From Octopus bimaculoides (lineage: Eukaryota): 64,000 nt of DNA. Where the stretch lies: positions 7,302,234 to 7,366,233 of the forward strand of contig NC_069005.1 of NCBI RefSeq assembly GCF_001194135.2. Reading direction: 5' to 3'. How positions within the stretch are numbered: position 1 is the first letter of the stretch; every line of letters begins with the position of its first letter. Below, one piece after another: positions 37,672-49,580 of the stretch. A program made the position numbers and the translations under genes. Below the pieces are notes generated by a model. The model was not told the origin of the DNA and ran no database searches. It was given only the letters and a program-made list of their open reading frames with translations.

Positions 37672-38885
37672 CAGGGGTTGGACAAAATAATAGAAACACC
37701 TAGCATCATAATTCTGAAATATCTATAAAACCGTCAAAAGTTTGTTTATTTTCATGTTTTTTTTTTATTTATTATTAGTGTTGCTTAATATGTTTTGCTA
37801 CAATTTCTGTTTCTTTTCAGATATCAGCAGAAAAAGGTAATTAAAATTCATTAAAATGACAGATCTATGGGACTTTCAAAGAGGTCAAGTTGTTGGTGCG
37901 CGTATGGCAGGCGCTAGCATAACGAAAACAGTTTAGTGTATCAAGAAGTACTGTCTCGAAAGTAATGACAGCCTTTGAGAAAGTGGGAAAAACCTCCTCG
38001 TCGAAACAAAACTCCGGAAGAAAACCCAAACTTTCAGGTAGGGACTGTCGGACTCTTACTCAAATTGTTAGAAAGGATCACAAAAGTACAACTCCCAAAA
38101 TTACTGCAGAGCTTAATGACCACTTCAAGAACCCAGTTTCCACAAAAACTGTTCGCCAGGAGCTGCACAAAAACAAACATTGCAAAGCATTTAGAGTGGA
38201 GTAAAAACCTACAGAATTGATCCCTAGAGCAATGGAAGAACGTTATTTTGTTGGTCTAGTCATCCTTTACCTTATTTCCAACCACTGGTCGAGTATATGT
38301 GTGGAGACAGCCAAAAGAAGCATTTGACCCACACTGCCTTCTTCCAACTGTTAAACATGGAGGAAAATTCGTGATGATCTGGGAGGGTGGGGCTATATCT
38401 TGAAATCCACTGGCCCAATGGTTTCCCTTTGTGGCAGAATTAATAGTCAAGACTATTTAAACATTTTATCTGATCAAATTCATCCTCTGATTGCAAAACT
38501 GTCTCCGGAAGGAAACACAATCTTTCAGGATGATAATGCACCAATTCTCACAGCTAAAGCTGTTATAGAATGGCACAAGGAACATTCTAGTGAAGTTGAG
38601 CATCTTATCTAGTCACCACAGTCCCCAGATCTCAATATTATTGAACATTTATTGTGCATTTTAGAAAAAAAAGGAGTCGATATCCTCCACTATCATCACT
38701 ACAAGAACTGGAGACTGTTTTAGCTGAAGAATGGACAAAAATTACTTTGGAAACAATTCAAACTTTGTACGAGTCCATATCTTGTAGAATCCAAGTTGTA
38801 ATTACTGCTAAAGGCAGCCCTACCCAATATTAAAATAAATTTGCTTGAAATTTTAAGGCACTTTCATTATTTTGTCCAACCCCTG
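37672..38885 (+). mobile_element. Tc1-family DNA transposon, degenerate
   Basis: 20-bp perfect TIR caggggttggacaaaataat at both ends with TA TSDs (37670-37671, 38886-38887). Frameshifted transposase: SGRKPKLSGRDCRTL, TVKHGG, IFQDDNAP, SPDLNIIEH (DD34E type). Confidence 0.92.
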
Positions 38886-38909
38886 TACATCATCATTTTA
38901 TATCTCCCC

Positions 38910-39009
<100 letters not shown>

Positions 39010-39479
39010 TATATACATATATGTCACAGGGAATGTGTTTCCGTGGCTGGAAAAATGTTAAGCTATGTAAAGCATGAGAGAAAGGGACCTATTTGTTTCT
39101 CATAATAAATAAATCTGGATCCCTAGAACACTATCTCTTATCTAGTTCTTGTTTCAGACATTTGACTGCAGCCATGCTGGAGCACTGCCTTCAAGGGTTT
39201 TAGTTGAATAAATTGCCCCTAGGGTCTTTTTTTTATTGTTAAGCCTAGTACTTATTCTGTCAGTCTTTTTCACCAAACTGCTAAGTTATGGGGACATAAG
39301 CACACCAACACCAGCAGTCAAGCAGTGGTGAGGGGACAAAGACACATACACATAGATACATATATATAAGAAAACCCATCAAACCCAATCAAATCGCAGT
39401 CAAGGCACCCGTGCTGGTGGCACATAAACGCAAATTGGCACACATACCAGTGGCATGTAAACACACCCCTGTGTCATGC

Positions 39480-39674
39480 AAATAGCACCCATGCTGGTGG
39501 CACATGAAAGTACCCATTACACTCTCGGAGTGGTTGGCATTAGGAAGGGCGTTCAGCTATATAAAACCATGGCAAATCAGACTGGAATCTGGTGCAGCCT
39601 TCCAGCAGGCCAGCCCAGTCTAACCATCCAACCCATGCCAGCATGGACAATGGACGTTAAATGATGATGATGGA

Positions 39675-39675
<1 letters not shown>
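39480..39675 (+). mobile_element. SINE family C with RTE-like 3' tail ending in (ATG)n
   Basis: ttggcattaggaagggc..cagct..a...aacccatgccagcatgga...ggacgttaaatgatgatg. Other copies at 3155-3362(-), 8695-8787(-), 31370-31510(-), 40058-40140(+), 52770-52935(+). Confidence 0.8.
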
Positions 39676-39708
<33 letters not shown>

Positions 39709-40138
39709 ATAATTTTCCCAGAGGATGTAGCAACCGTTACCAATATAGCATAAGAACTTACCTTAGGAGATCATTAATGTTAACATAGAGTGGTGAATAA
39801 ATCGATATATCGAATTTGAAGTCTCTGTCTCTTTTGAATATGAAAATTTAAAAGTTTAAAAACCTTANNNNNNNNNNNNNNNNNNNNNNNNNNNNNNNNN
39901 NNNNNNNNNNNNNNNNNNNNNNNNNNNNNNNNNNNNNNNNNNNNNNNNNNNNNNNNNNNNNNNNNNNNNNNNNNNNNNNNNNNNNNNNNNNNNNNNNNNN
40001 NNNNNNNNNNNNNNNNNNNNNNNNNNNNNNNNNNNNNNNNNNNNNNNNNNNNNNNNNTTCACCAGTCCTCAGTCAAATCGTCCAACCCATGCTAGCATGG
40101 AAAGCGGACGTTAAACGATGATGATGATGATGATGATG

Positions 40139-40176
<38 letters not shown>

Positions 40177-40469
40177 GACAGGCATCTTTCAGTTTCCGTT
40201 TATCAAATCCACTCACAAATCTTTCATTGGCCCAAGGCTACAGTAGAAAACACTTGCCCAAGGTGCCATTGCAGTAGGACTGAACCGAGAACCATGTGGT
40301 TGGGAAGCAAGCTTCTTACCACACAGCCATGCCTGTGCTTATGTAGACCTCCAATTTAATATTTAGCTTGCACCCCCTCCCACCAAATTCTATACAGACC
40401 TCCAGGGGTCACAGGCACCCTCATTGAGAGCCACTAGATTAAGATTAAGAGATTGTAAGAAATCACTTA

Positions 40470-40598
<129 letters not shown>

Positions 40599-41932
40599 TC
40601 AAATATCATTAATGTTAATTAATTGAACAAACTAATTTGCAGGTGCAGACATGGCTGTATGGTTAAGCTCTCCATGCAACCACATGGCTTCAGGTTTAGC
40701 CCCACTGCATGGCACCATGGGCAAATATTAGGTTGTCAAGAACGTTCTTGCGGAATTTTTAATTTTGGTTTTAAATGAAGTATTTTAAAATTAATTTTCG
40801 TTAAATTACGTTGACTCTATATATAAATTTTAAAGCCCGTTTTTCGCTATTTCTAATCGTGTTACACTTTTTCTTTTTGAATAATTAGGTCATTTTTTCC
40901 GGACTGTTGAATACAACATCGACAAAAAGCGGGAGAAAAATATTGCAAAATATGAACACATGTGAATGACAAAGAAACGAGGAAGGTATCAAGTTGTCGT
41001 GAGATGTGCTAAAAACAACAGCTAAATCGCCCTTAAATCACATACACAAATATTTTTTTTTTTGTAGAATTCCTGTGTGTAGAAGACAAATTCAATAAAA
41101 TTTTCTAAAAATTAAAAAGTTAGGAGGGCTTAAATGGGATACTTAAACCAGAATTCTGCCTTTTTTTTTTTTTTTAAGCCGTAGTTTTAAAATGCAGTCT
41201 GAACCTGCCATTTGTTTCTCTTGGTATTCTACAAAATACCAGAAAGTATTTTTTACATATTCGTAATTTTCGATATCTAAAACGTAGGGGTGCAAAAAAC
41301 TTTTTTTTAAAAAATGCATTTTTCAAGGAGAGGTGAGAAACTGCATTAACCCCGAAAGTCCAACTGTACCAAGTCTCTANNNNNNNNNNNNNNNNNNNNN
41401 NNNNNNNNNNNNNNNNNNNNNNNNNNNNNNNNNNNNNNNNNNNNNNNNNNNNNNNNNNNNNNNNNNNNNNNNNNNNNNNNNNNNNNNNNNNNNNNNNNNN
41501 NNNNNNNNNNNNNNNNNNNNNNNNNNNNNNNNNNNNNNNNNNNNNNNNNNNNNNNNNNNNNNNNNNNNNNNNNNNNNNNNNNNNNNNNNNNNNNNNNNNN
41601 NNNNNNNNNNNNNNNNNNNNNNNNNNNNNNNNNNNNNNNNNNNNNNNNNNNNNNNNNNNNNNNNNNNNNNNNNNNNNNNNNNNNNNNNNNNNNNNNNNNN
41701 NNNNNNNNNNNNNNNNNNNNNNNNNNNNNNNNNNNNNNNNNNNNNNNNNNNNNNNNNNNNNNNNNNNNNNNNNNNNNNNNNNNNNNNNNNNNNNNNNNNN
41801 NNNNNNNNNNNNNNNNNNNNNNNNNNNNNNNNNNNNNNNNNNNNNNNNNNNNNNNNNNNNNNNNNNNNNNNNNNNNNNNNNNNNNNNNNNNNNNNNNNNN
41901 NNNNNNNNNNNNNNNNNNNNNNNNNNNNNNNN

Positions 41933-42200
41933 ATCAGAAGCTGCTTTTTCGTACAGCGTGTGATCGCCACCTGGGACAGTCTGCCAAACAATGTGGTCGC
42001 AGCTCCGTCAATCAATGCCTTCAAGAACAGGCTTTGACGCACACTGGAGGGAGCTTCCTGCAAAATTTGACCCTGTCTGTTACTATTAGCTACAACTGTC
42101 GAAGTGTTTTACCACACGACAAATTAATTGTACAGGTGGAAAAGGACCTGTGACCAAGCTCCTAGGAGCTTCAACACGGAAACCATCCAGTATCCAGTAA
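41933..42200 (+). mobile_element. CR1 LINE 3' end
   Basis: RSCFFVQRVIATWDSLPNNVVAAPSINAFKNRL*, a canonical CR1 ORF2 terminus; the 5' part is lost in a gap. Confidence 0.85.
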
Positions 42201-42228
42201 ATGGTATACTTCGACAAGAACTGCGCCA

Positions 42229-42379
42229 AATATTGGGTAATTTTTCAGATTAACACCCGCACGATCTTCACTAGGGTGTTAGGGTTAGGGTTGGTGTTTA
42301 GGGTTACGGTTAGGGACGGAATTCCCTAACACCCTAGTGAAGATCGTACGGGTGTTAATCTGAAAAATTACCAAATATT
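42229..42379. repeat. Foldback element with telomere-like loop
   Basis: About 55-bp inverted arms around ttagggttggtgtttagggttacggttaggg. Confidence 0.85.
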
Positions 42380-42839
42380 GTAGTGGTAAACAACCGATCT
42401 CTTTTTTAACAGATGGGAGAATAATGTCCAGACGATGTGTCCCTAACCAGTCTTTTTTGATAGACAGGACTAAACTTTTAAAGGCGATGTGTTCTCATTT
42501 GTTTATTTTAAAGCGGTGGAAGGAAGACTGGCTGCTGTTTCTAGCAAGCCAAGCAACACTAGTAAGAGATTCCATGCTGAACTCGCAAAGAAACGTTTTA
42601 GTTGTAAATAAAAACGTGTTTATAGAGAAAACATTTCCATGTGACTTGATGTGGAGAAGTAAGCTAAATAGACATTCTGTAACATTAAACGGAGATGAAG
42701 AATAAAAGAAAAGAAACTACAAACCGAAGAGGACTGGAAATGCTTCTGGAACCGAATAATTGCTTCAAGAACTGGATATAATTAACAAGAACCTTCGTTA
42801 TGTTTTTTATAATTAGTTCGTAATTAAAGTTACGAGAAA

Positions 42840-42875
42840 CAGTGCTTTGTGAACTTCCGGTCATGCGCACTAGGT
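42840..42875. promoter_or_regulatory. Putative POLR2L promoter (ETS + NRF1-like motifs)
   Basis: ACTTCCGG (42853-42860) next to TGCGCA (42864-42869) in a CpG-retaining patch about 2.3 kb upstream of the POLR2L ATG exon, which needs an upstream 5' exon. Confidence 0.5.
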
Positions 42876-43001
42876 TTCTATCATCTAACTCTTGGTTTGG
42901 AGTAGAACCTGTTAGGGATGGTCATAGATGGATTGGATTTAGATGGAATTTTGAAATAGCAGCCTTTCGAAGTTTCGTACCTCTTGATAAAGAGAAAATG
43001 G

Positions 43002-44100
43002 GGTATCTTTTGGTTATCTCACCCAGCCATTAAAAAATTGCCATTAAAAAAGGGGGTTATCTCCCCATTAGAAACTTGGGTTATGTACCCTTCCCCGGTC
43101 AACTCAACAACTTTTGTTTCGATTACAATATGAGTATGCTACGTCTAAGCGAAATTTGCAAAGATGAAATATCCATTATTTCTTTTTTTCAAGAAAAAGG
43201 AATTATTCACCAAGAAAGACGATGTAACAACGGCCATTGTATGAATTTCTCAGTTGGAAGTCAAAACAGATGGCGATGTAGACTTCGTGAATGCAGACAA
43301 GAAAAAGGATTAAGAACAGATAATTGGTTCGCTAATTCACGTTTATCTTTTCATAAAGCAGCCTTTTTCATATATTGTTGGGCACACGACTTGGCAAGTG
43401 TCAATTTTTGTGAACATGAGCTCGAAATGAAAGCCAGTTGCATTGTTGATTGGAATAATTATCTGAGAGAAGTTTGTGCTGCACACATATTGTCGAACCC
43501 AAAAGTGATTGGAGGACCCAACATGACTGTTGAAATTGACGAAAGTTTGTTCACTAAAAGGAAAAGTTGTGCCGGACGTCAACCACCTCGGCAGTTGGTT
43601 TTTGGAGGAATTTGTAAAGAAACAAAAGAGTGTTTCATGTTTACTGTTCCTGACAGGTCTGCAACAACACTTCTTCCTATAATAGAAAATAATATAAGAC
43701 CAGGTACTACCATCATAAGTGCTGAATGGTCAACATATGAAAATATAATTAATTCTGGTCGTTTTCAACATCTCACTGTGAAAAATTCTCTGCACTTTGT
43801 TGATCCTACTAATACAGCTCACACCCAAAATAGTGAAAGACTTTGGAAGAGTGCTAAAGAAAAAAATAAAAGAGAAAATGGCACTCACAGAGCTCTACTG
43901 GACTCGTATATGTGCGAGTTTATGTGGCGACAAGAGATTGAATTAAAAAAATTGGATCCTTTTGATTCAATACTTCAACACATTGCTGACTTTTGGCCTC
44001 CTCAATAGGCATTGAATAAGATGTTTAATCCTTTTTATCATACAACTGGGGTGGGGGATAGTTCAATTTTTCAATGGGGGTGAGAGAACCAAAAAGTACC
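43002..44100 (+). mobile_element. Complete Merlin (IS1016/ISXO2-like) DNA transposon
   Basis: TIRs ggtatcttttggttatctcacccagccattaaaaaattg (43002-43040) vs revcomp ggtactttttggttctctcacccccattgaaaaattg (44064-44100). Flanking 8-bp TSD gaaaatgg (42994-43001) / gaaaaggg (44101-44108). Single internal transposase ORF. Confidence 0.9.
43130..44008 (+). CDS. Merlin transposase (ISXO2-like DDE domain), open 292 aa, probably catalytically dead
   Basis: N-terminal Cys/His cluster (RCNNGHC...WRCRLREC), [41 protein letters not shown]. The second catalytic Asp is Ala (IISAEW, GCT at 43721-43723). Confidence 0.85.
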   Translation: MSMLRLSEICKDEISIISFFQEKGIIHQERRCNNGHCMNFSVGSQNRWRCRLRECRQEKGLRTDNWFANSRLSFHKAAFFIYCWAHDLASVNFCEHELEMKASCIVDWNNYLREVCAAHILSNPKVIGGPNMTVEIDESLFTKRKSCAGRQPPRQLVFGGICKETKECFMFTVPDRSATTLLPIIENNIRPGTTIISAEWSTYENIINSGRFQHLTVKNSLHFVDPTNTAHTQNSERLWKSAKEKNKRENGTHRALLDSYMCEFMWRQEIELKKLDPFDSILQHIADFWPPQ

Positions 44101-44166
44101 GAAAAGGGTACGGAACTGATGGGGTGGGGTGGGGGGTCCGTAGCAAAAATCTAAAGNNNNNNNNNN

Positions 44167-44215
<49 letters not shown>

Positions 44216-45924
44216 CAGGGGTTTCCATGGGTGAGCTGAAACCGCTAATAAAGAATTATCTAAAATTCTGACTACTTACTTTTTCTTGATATAAAATCTC
44301 TAAATCACTTCAAACAATCTACACACATATAAGTGTGTGTGTGAGCTTGTATTTGTTCTTCACCACCACTTGACAAGAGGTGCTGGTTTGTTTACATCCT
44401 CATGTTTTGCTAAACTAGAATACTGAAAAGATTAAGGGATGGAGAAGAATCTACCATTTTCCTTTCCCATGAGATATTGAACTTCAAAGGATTGTTAATA
44501 AAATGTAAGTCAATAAATCTGCTGTAAATAGAACCAACTTGGGAATATTTTCACAGCCAACTCAACTGATTCCAGGTAATAAAGTCACAGGTGTTTTGTC
44601 CAAGGGGGTTTTGCCCTAGGGCAGTTTTGTCCAGATCCCATAAATTAATTGTGACTTTTTCTTGCCAAAATTGTGACTTAATAAAGTGACTTTATTACTG
44701 GTCACCACTTGACCTGCTAAAAATAGGATCTTCAAATTACACTTTATTTTCATATGTGGACATAATGTAGTCCGAGATACACATTGCCTGAAAAATAAAG
44801 ATGAGACGATCATGGTTGGAATGCTTTTGATCTGCTTGATCAAACTATATGTTCTACTCAACAAGACTGAGAGTAGTTAATACATGAATCCAGGTAAAAA
44901 AAAAAGTCACCTGTAATGCCATCATATAGAAATAGTGTCGTCAATATGTACAAGTCATAAGTTGGCAAACTGGCAAAAATGTTAGCACACGGGATGAAAT
45001 GCTTAGCAGTGTTTCGTCTGTCTTTTTACGTTCTGAGTTCAAATTCCACCGAGGTCAATTTTGCCTTTCATCTTTTCGGGGTCAGTAAATTAAGTACTAG
45101 TTGCGCACTGGGGGTCGATGTAATCGACTGGCCCCTTCCCCCAAAATTCCAGGCCTTGTGCCTTGAGTAGAAAACTGTTGCTACTGTCTGTAGTCATAGT
45201 GTGCATGGATGAGACCTCCAGTTTTCAAAAGACCACTACAACTTATTCGTCTGGGCAAGTCACCCGACTGGATGATGATGGTGATGGTGGGTGACGACAA
45301 TGATGGTGGTGGTGATGGATGACGATGCCAATGATGACTGATGAGTGACAACAATGATGATGATGTTGGTGGTGATGGATGATGATGATGATGGTGGTGG
45401 TGATGGATGACAATGACGACAATGACAATCATGTATTGTTGGTTAATAACTGATTTTAAATATTTTCTATTTTATTACTTTAATTGTTTATGGCACTTCA
45501 ATAAATTGTGACTAACTTGAATATTTTTGTTTGATTAATTGATTTTCTTTCCTAGACAAAATTATGACATTTTTCCTGTGATTTTATTACCGGTCACCAT
45601 AAATTAATTGTGACTTTTTTTTTCCTGTAATTGTTTTTCCTAGCCAAAATTGTGACTTTATTCCGAGCCATGAATACACACACATATGCAATGTAGTAAT
45701 GTTGATTATGAATATCAATAATTTGTCTAATGGAAAATCAGAGGCATATAAAGGGATGGGTGCAGTCATTCATGGTACATGTCCTGGGTACGACTTTGAG
45801 CTGCATCTGGTATTAGGGGCCTGGTGCAGGAATTCCAGGGTTCTGAAAAATGTGGAACCATCTCTTAGCCACTGTTGTTCTCGGGTTTACTCTGATCTGA
45901 AGTAATAGCTTGTTGTTGTTGTTG

Positions 45925-46305
45925 TTGGCACTCCGTCGCTTACGACGTCAAGGGTTCCAGTTGATCCGATCAACGGAACAGCCTGCTCATGAAATTAACT
46001 TGCAAGTGGCTGAGCATTCCACAGACACGTGTACCCTTAACGTAGTTCTTGGGGGAGATTCAGCGTGACACAGTGTGACAAGGCTGGCCCTTTGAATTAC
46101 AGGCACAACAGAAACACGAAGTAAGAGTGAGAGAAAGTTGTGGTGAAAGAGTACAGCAGGGTTTGCCACCATCCCCTGCCAGAGCCTCGTGGAACTTTAG
46201 GTGTTTTCCCTCAATAAACACTCACAACACCCGGTCTGGGAATCGAAACCGCGATCCTATGACTGCGAGTCCGCTGCCCTAACCACTGAGCCATTGCGCC
46301 TCCAC
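45925..46305 (-). mobile_element. tRNA-derived SINE family D
   Basis: Minus-strand head ggcgcaatggctcagtggttagggcagcggactcgc...gtttcgattccc and tail ...ttgatcggatcaactggaaccct. Related copies at 5733-5930(+), 36320-36595(-), 47655-47960(-); the last two carry a V-SINE-like gt(g/t)ccttgagcaagacacttt core. Confidence 0.85.
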
Positions 46306-47997
46306 TTGAAGTAATAGCACCTATGAGTTAAACAGCCTATAAATAAAGGTCAGCTGTGAATATGGGAATAAACAGTCCCCAACAAAATCTAGGGCCTGGC
46401 ACCCTGTAACCACCAAAGCAAGGGTTGTGTTGAAATTACGGCTTACAGCTTGGTATGTGTGGGTTATTTCAGCAGATGAACTTACTAAGTCAGTGGTGAA
46501 TATCACCAAGTGACCTAGAACCAACAGCATGCTGCCCTTAGGCATGCATGGGCCGAGATGACAAGATCACTGCTGCAACCATGCCGCGACTGCCTGTGAC
46601 GTCAGCAGCAGGATGTGGCTATGGTGCGAGACATGGCCACAGCCCCAGATGTTGCCACTGCACTGGCCACAGCAACAGCACTGGATGCAGATCACGGTGC
46701 TGGACACAAAGAAGAGCGGCAGTGTCAGTAAGCCCGGGCTGTGCATGGAGCTACCAACGATGGCCGCAACACCCCCGTGTCGGTGGAAAAGTACTGGATG
46801 GTGAGTGTGGGAACAGACAACAAACTGTCAATGGCCCAAATTAGCCAGTTTAGTTAGCAAACTGTTGCTCCCGTCTGTAGTCATAGTGTGCAGGGATGAG
46901 ACCTCCAGCTTTCAAAAGACCAATACAACTTATTTGTCTGGGCAAGTCACCTGACTGGATGATGATGATGGTGATGGTGGGTGATGACAATGATGGTGGT
47001 GGTGATGGATGACGATGCCAATGATGACTGATGGGTAACAACAAGATGTTGATGGTGGTGGTGATGGATGACGATGATGACTGATGGGTGACAACAAGAT
47101 GATGATGATGGTGATGGTGGTGATGGATGACGATGATGATGATGGATGACGATGACAATGATGATGATGACTGATGACTGATGGCTGACAACAATGATGA
47201 TAATGATGGTGGTGGTGGTAATGGGCGACGATGATGATAGTGGTGGTGATGGATGACGACGATGACGATGACGATGATGATGATGACTGACTGATGGGTG
47301 ACAACAATGATGATCATGATGATGATGATGAGGAGGAGGGGGACGACGACGACAACAATGCCAGTGACAACAACAATGGATGATGATGATGAAGATATAT
47401 GACAGGCATCTTTCAGTTTTGTCAACCAAAACCACTCATTAATTAGGCTTGTCTTATATTTTATTCAGAACCAATAATCAATATAAAAAAGAAGAAGGAG
47501 AAAAAAATTGATCTGACTATTAATGTGTTTCTGTGACCATTAACGATCTGAATGTCTATGAACATATGAACTTACTGAAACAATACTTTTATTTCGTGAA
47601 TTTATTCAACATAAACTACACTATTTAACTCCCTCCTCTATGTTATAATTACTGGTACTCCGTTGGTTACGACGACGAGGGTTCCAGTTGATCTAATCAA
47701 CAGAACAGCTTGCTCGTGATTTTAACGTGCAAGTGGCTGAGTACTCCACAGACACAGGTACCTTTAATACAGGTTTCAAGGAGATTGACACAGAATGTGA
47801 CAAGGCTGACCCATTAGAATTACAGGTACAACTCATTTTTGCCAGCTTAGTGAACTGGGGCAATGTGAAATAAAGTGTCTTGCTCAAGGACCCAACACAC
47901 TGCCAGGAATCGAACTCATGACCTCACGATTGTGAGCTGAATACCAAACCCACTAAAGCACACAATGACATGCATAATAAACGTATTATGATTGCCT

Positions 47998-48635
47998 CAT
48001 CAGGTGGCGAGCTGGCAGAATCGTTAGCATGCTGGGCGAAATGCTTAACGGTATTTTTTCTGCCGTTACGTTCTGAGTTCAAATTCCGCCGAGGTCGACT
48101 TTGCCTTTCATCCTTTCGGGGTCGATAAATTAAGTACCAGTTACGCACTGGGGTCGATGTAATCGACTTAATCCGTTCGTCTGTTCTTGTTTGTTCCCTC
48201 TATGTTTAGCCCCTTGTGGGCAATAACGAAATAGGTATTTCTTCTGTTGTTATGTTCTGAGTTCAAATTCCACTGAGGTCAACTTTGCCTTTCATCCTTT
48301 CAGGATCGATAAATTAAGTAACAGTTGCATATTGGAATCGATCTAGTCAATTGGCGCCCTCCCCCAAAATTCCAGGCCTTGTGCCTAGAGCAGAAAAGAA
48401 TGTATATCCAAAGACAAGGCAACGAACTGGCAGAATTGTTAGCACATCGGGCAAAATGCTTAGCGGCATTTCGTCTGTCTTGACATTCTGAGTTCAAATT
48501 CTGCCGAAGTTGACTTTGCCTTTCATCCTTTCAGGGTCAATAAATTAAGTACCAGTTACATACTGGAGTCGATCTAATCAACTGGCCTGGCCCCCCTCCC
48601 CCAAAATTTCGGGCCTTGTGCCTAGAGTAGAAAAT
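47998..48635 (+). mobile_element. SINE family B, tandem cluster
   Basis: Repeated ggcgagctggcagaatcgttagca...gagttcaaattccgccgaggtcgactttgcctttcatcctttcggggtcgataa. Other copies at about 17065-17465, 24945-25160, 30680-30820, 34790-34970(-), 36630-37055, 44965-45172, 54125-54282(-), 55455-55700, 56260-56650, 57035-57480. Confidence 0.88.
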
Positions 48636-48719
48636 GTATATCTAAAGACACAGGCGTAGCCATATGGTAAGAAATTTGCTTCTTGACCACATGCAATTCA
48701 CTCAGCCAGAAATTTGGAA

Positions 48720-49033
48720 ACGACGTACCCTCCAGCCTTCATCAGGTGTCTTGGAGAAATTTTTGAACCTGGGTTCTCATTTGTAATGTATTTTTCGATA
48801 TTATTATTATTATTATTATTATTGTTCAATAGTTTTATTTTTATAACGTGCTTTCACTTCACTACCGAGCGCAGCTCTGTGTGCCTTGGGTATGTGCTGT
48901 GGTTTGCTGTGATGCTCTTATGGTTACTGTATTCAAAGTGTTTTGCATAGGATGTGTGCAGTGCCTAGTAGTGCAATTTTCTGTATGTTATATATATTTG
49001 TAAGTCCTGGTGTTTTTGTTATGTATTTGTCTG

Positions 49034-49085
<52 letters not shown>

Positions 49086-49176
49086 TCACTGACTGGAGTC
49101 GGACTCAGAATCTTGGGCTTAGCAGCCCACGCTCTTAACCCTCTACACCATAAGCCCAAGACACCTGATGAAGGCT
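48720..49176 (-). mobile_element. Family E, copy 3 with internal insertion
   Basis: Head at about 49082-49155 and CTGATGA-bearing tail at 48725-48760 on the minus strand; about 200 bp of unrelated sequence inside the (ATT)n; inverted ccaagacacctgatgaaggct at 49156-49176. Confidence 0.75.
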
Positions 49177-49459
49177 ACCCCCCCACTTCCCTCAATGCCC
49201 GAAGCATGTGCTTGATGGTTAATCCAGGGATGCCTTCACTCTCAACCTTTGACAACCAGGGTCGATTTGTTACATCCCCTTAATTTAGCAGTTCGATAAA
49301 AGGAGCTAATAGAATAATGCCAGTTTAAAAAAAAAAAAAGAATAAAAATGTGCTGGAGTTGATTGAGGTGGTGTTCCAGCATGGCCACAGTCCAGTAACG
49401 GAAACAAGTAAATGATGGAAGATAATGTAGCAGAGACAGAACACTCCTTGGTCATGTTC

Positions 49460-49549
49460 TTTATAATGGATGTCTTTATCATCATCGTCATCATCATCAT
49501 CATTGTTATCGTCACCATCATCATCATCATCATCATCATCGTTATCGTC

Positions 49550-49580
<31 letters not shown>

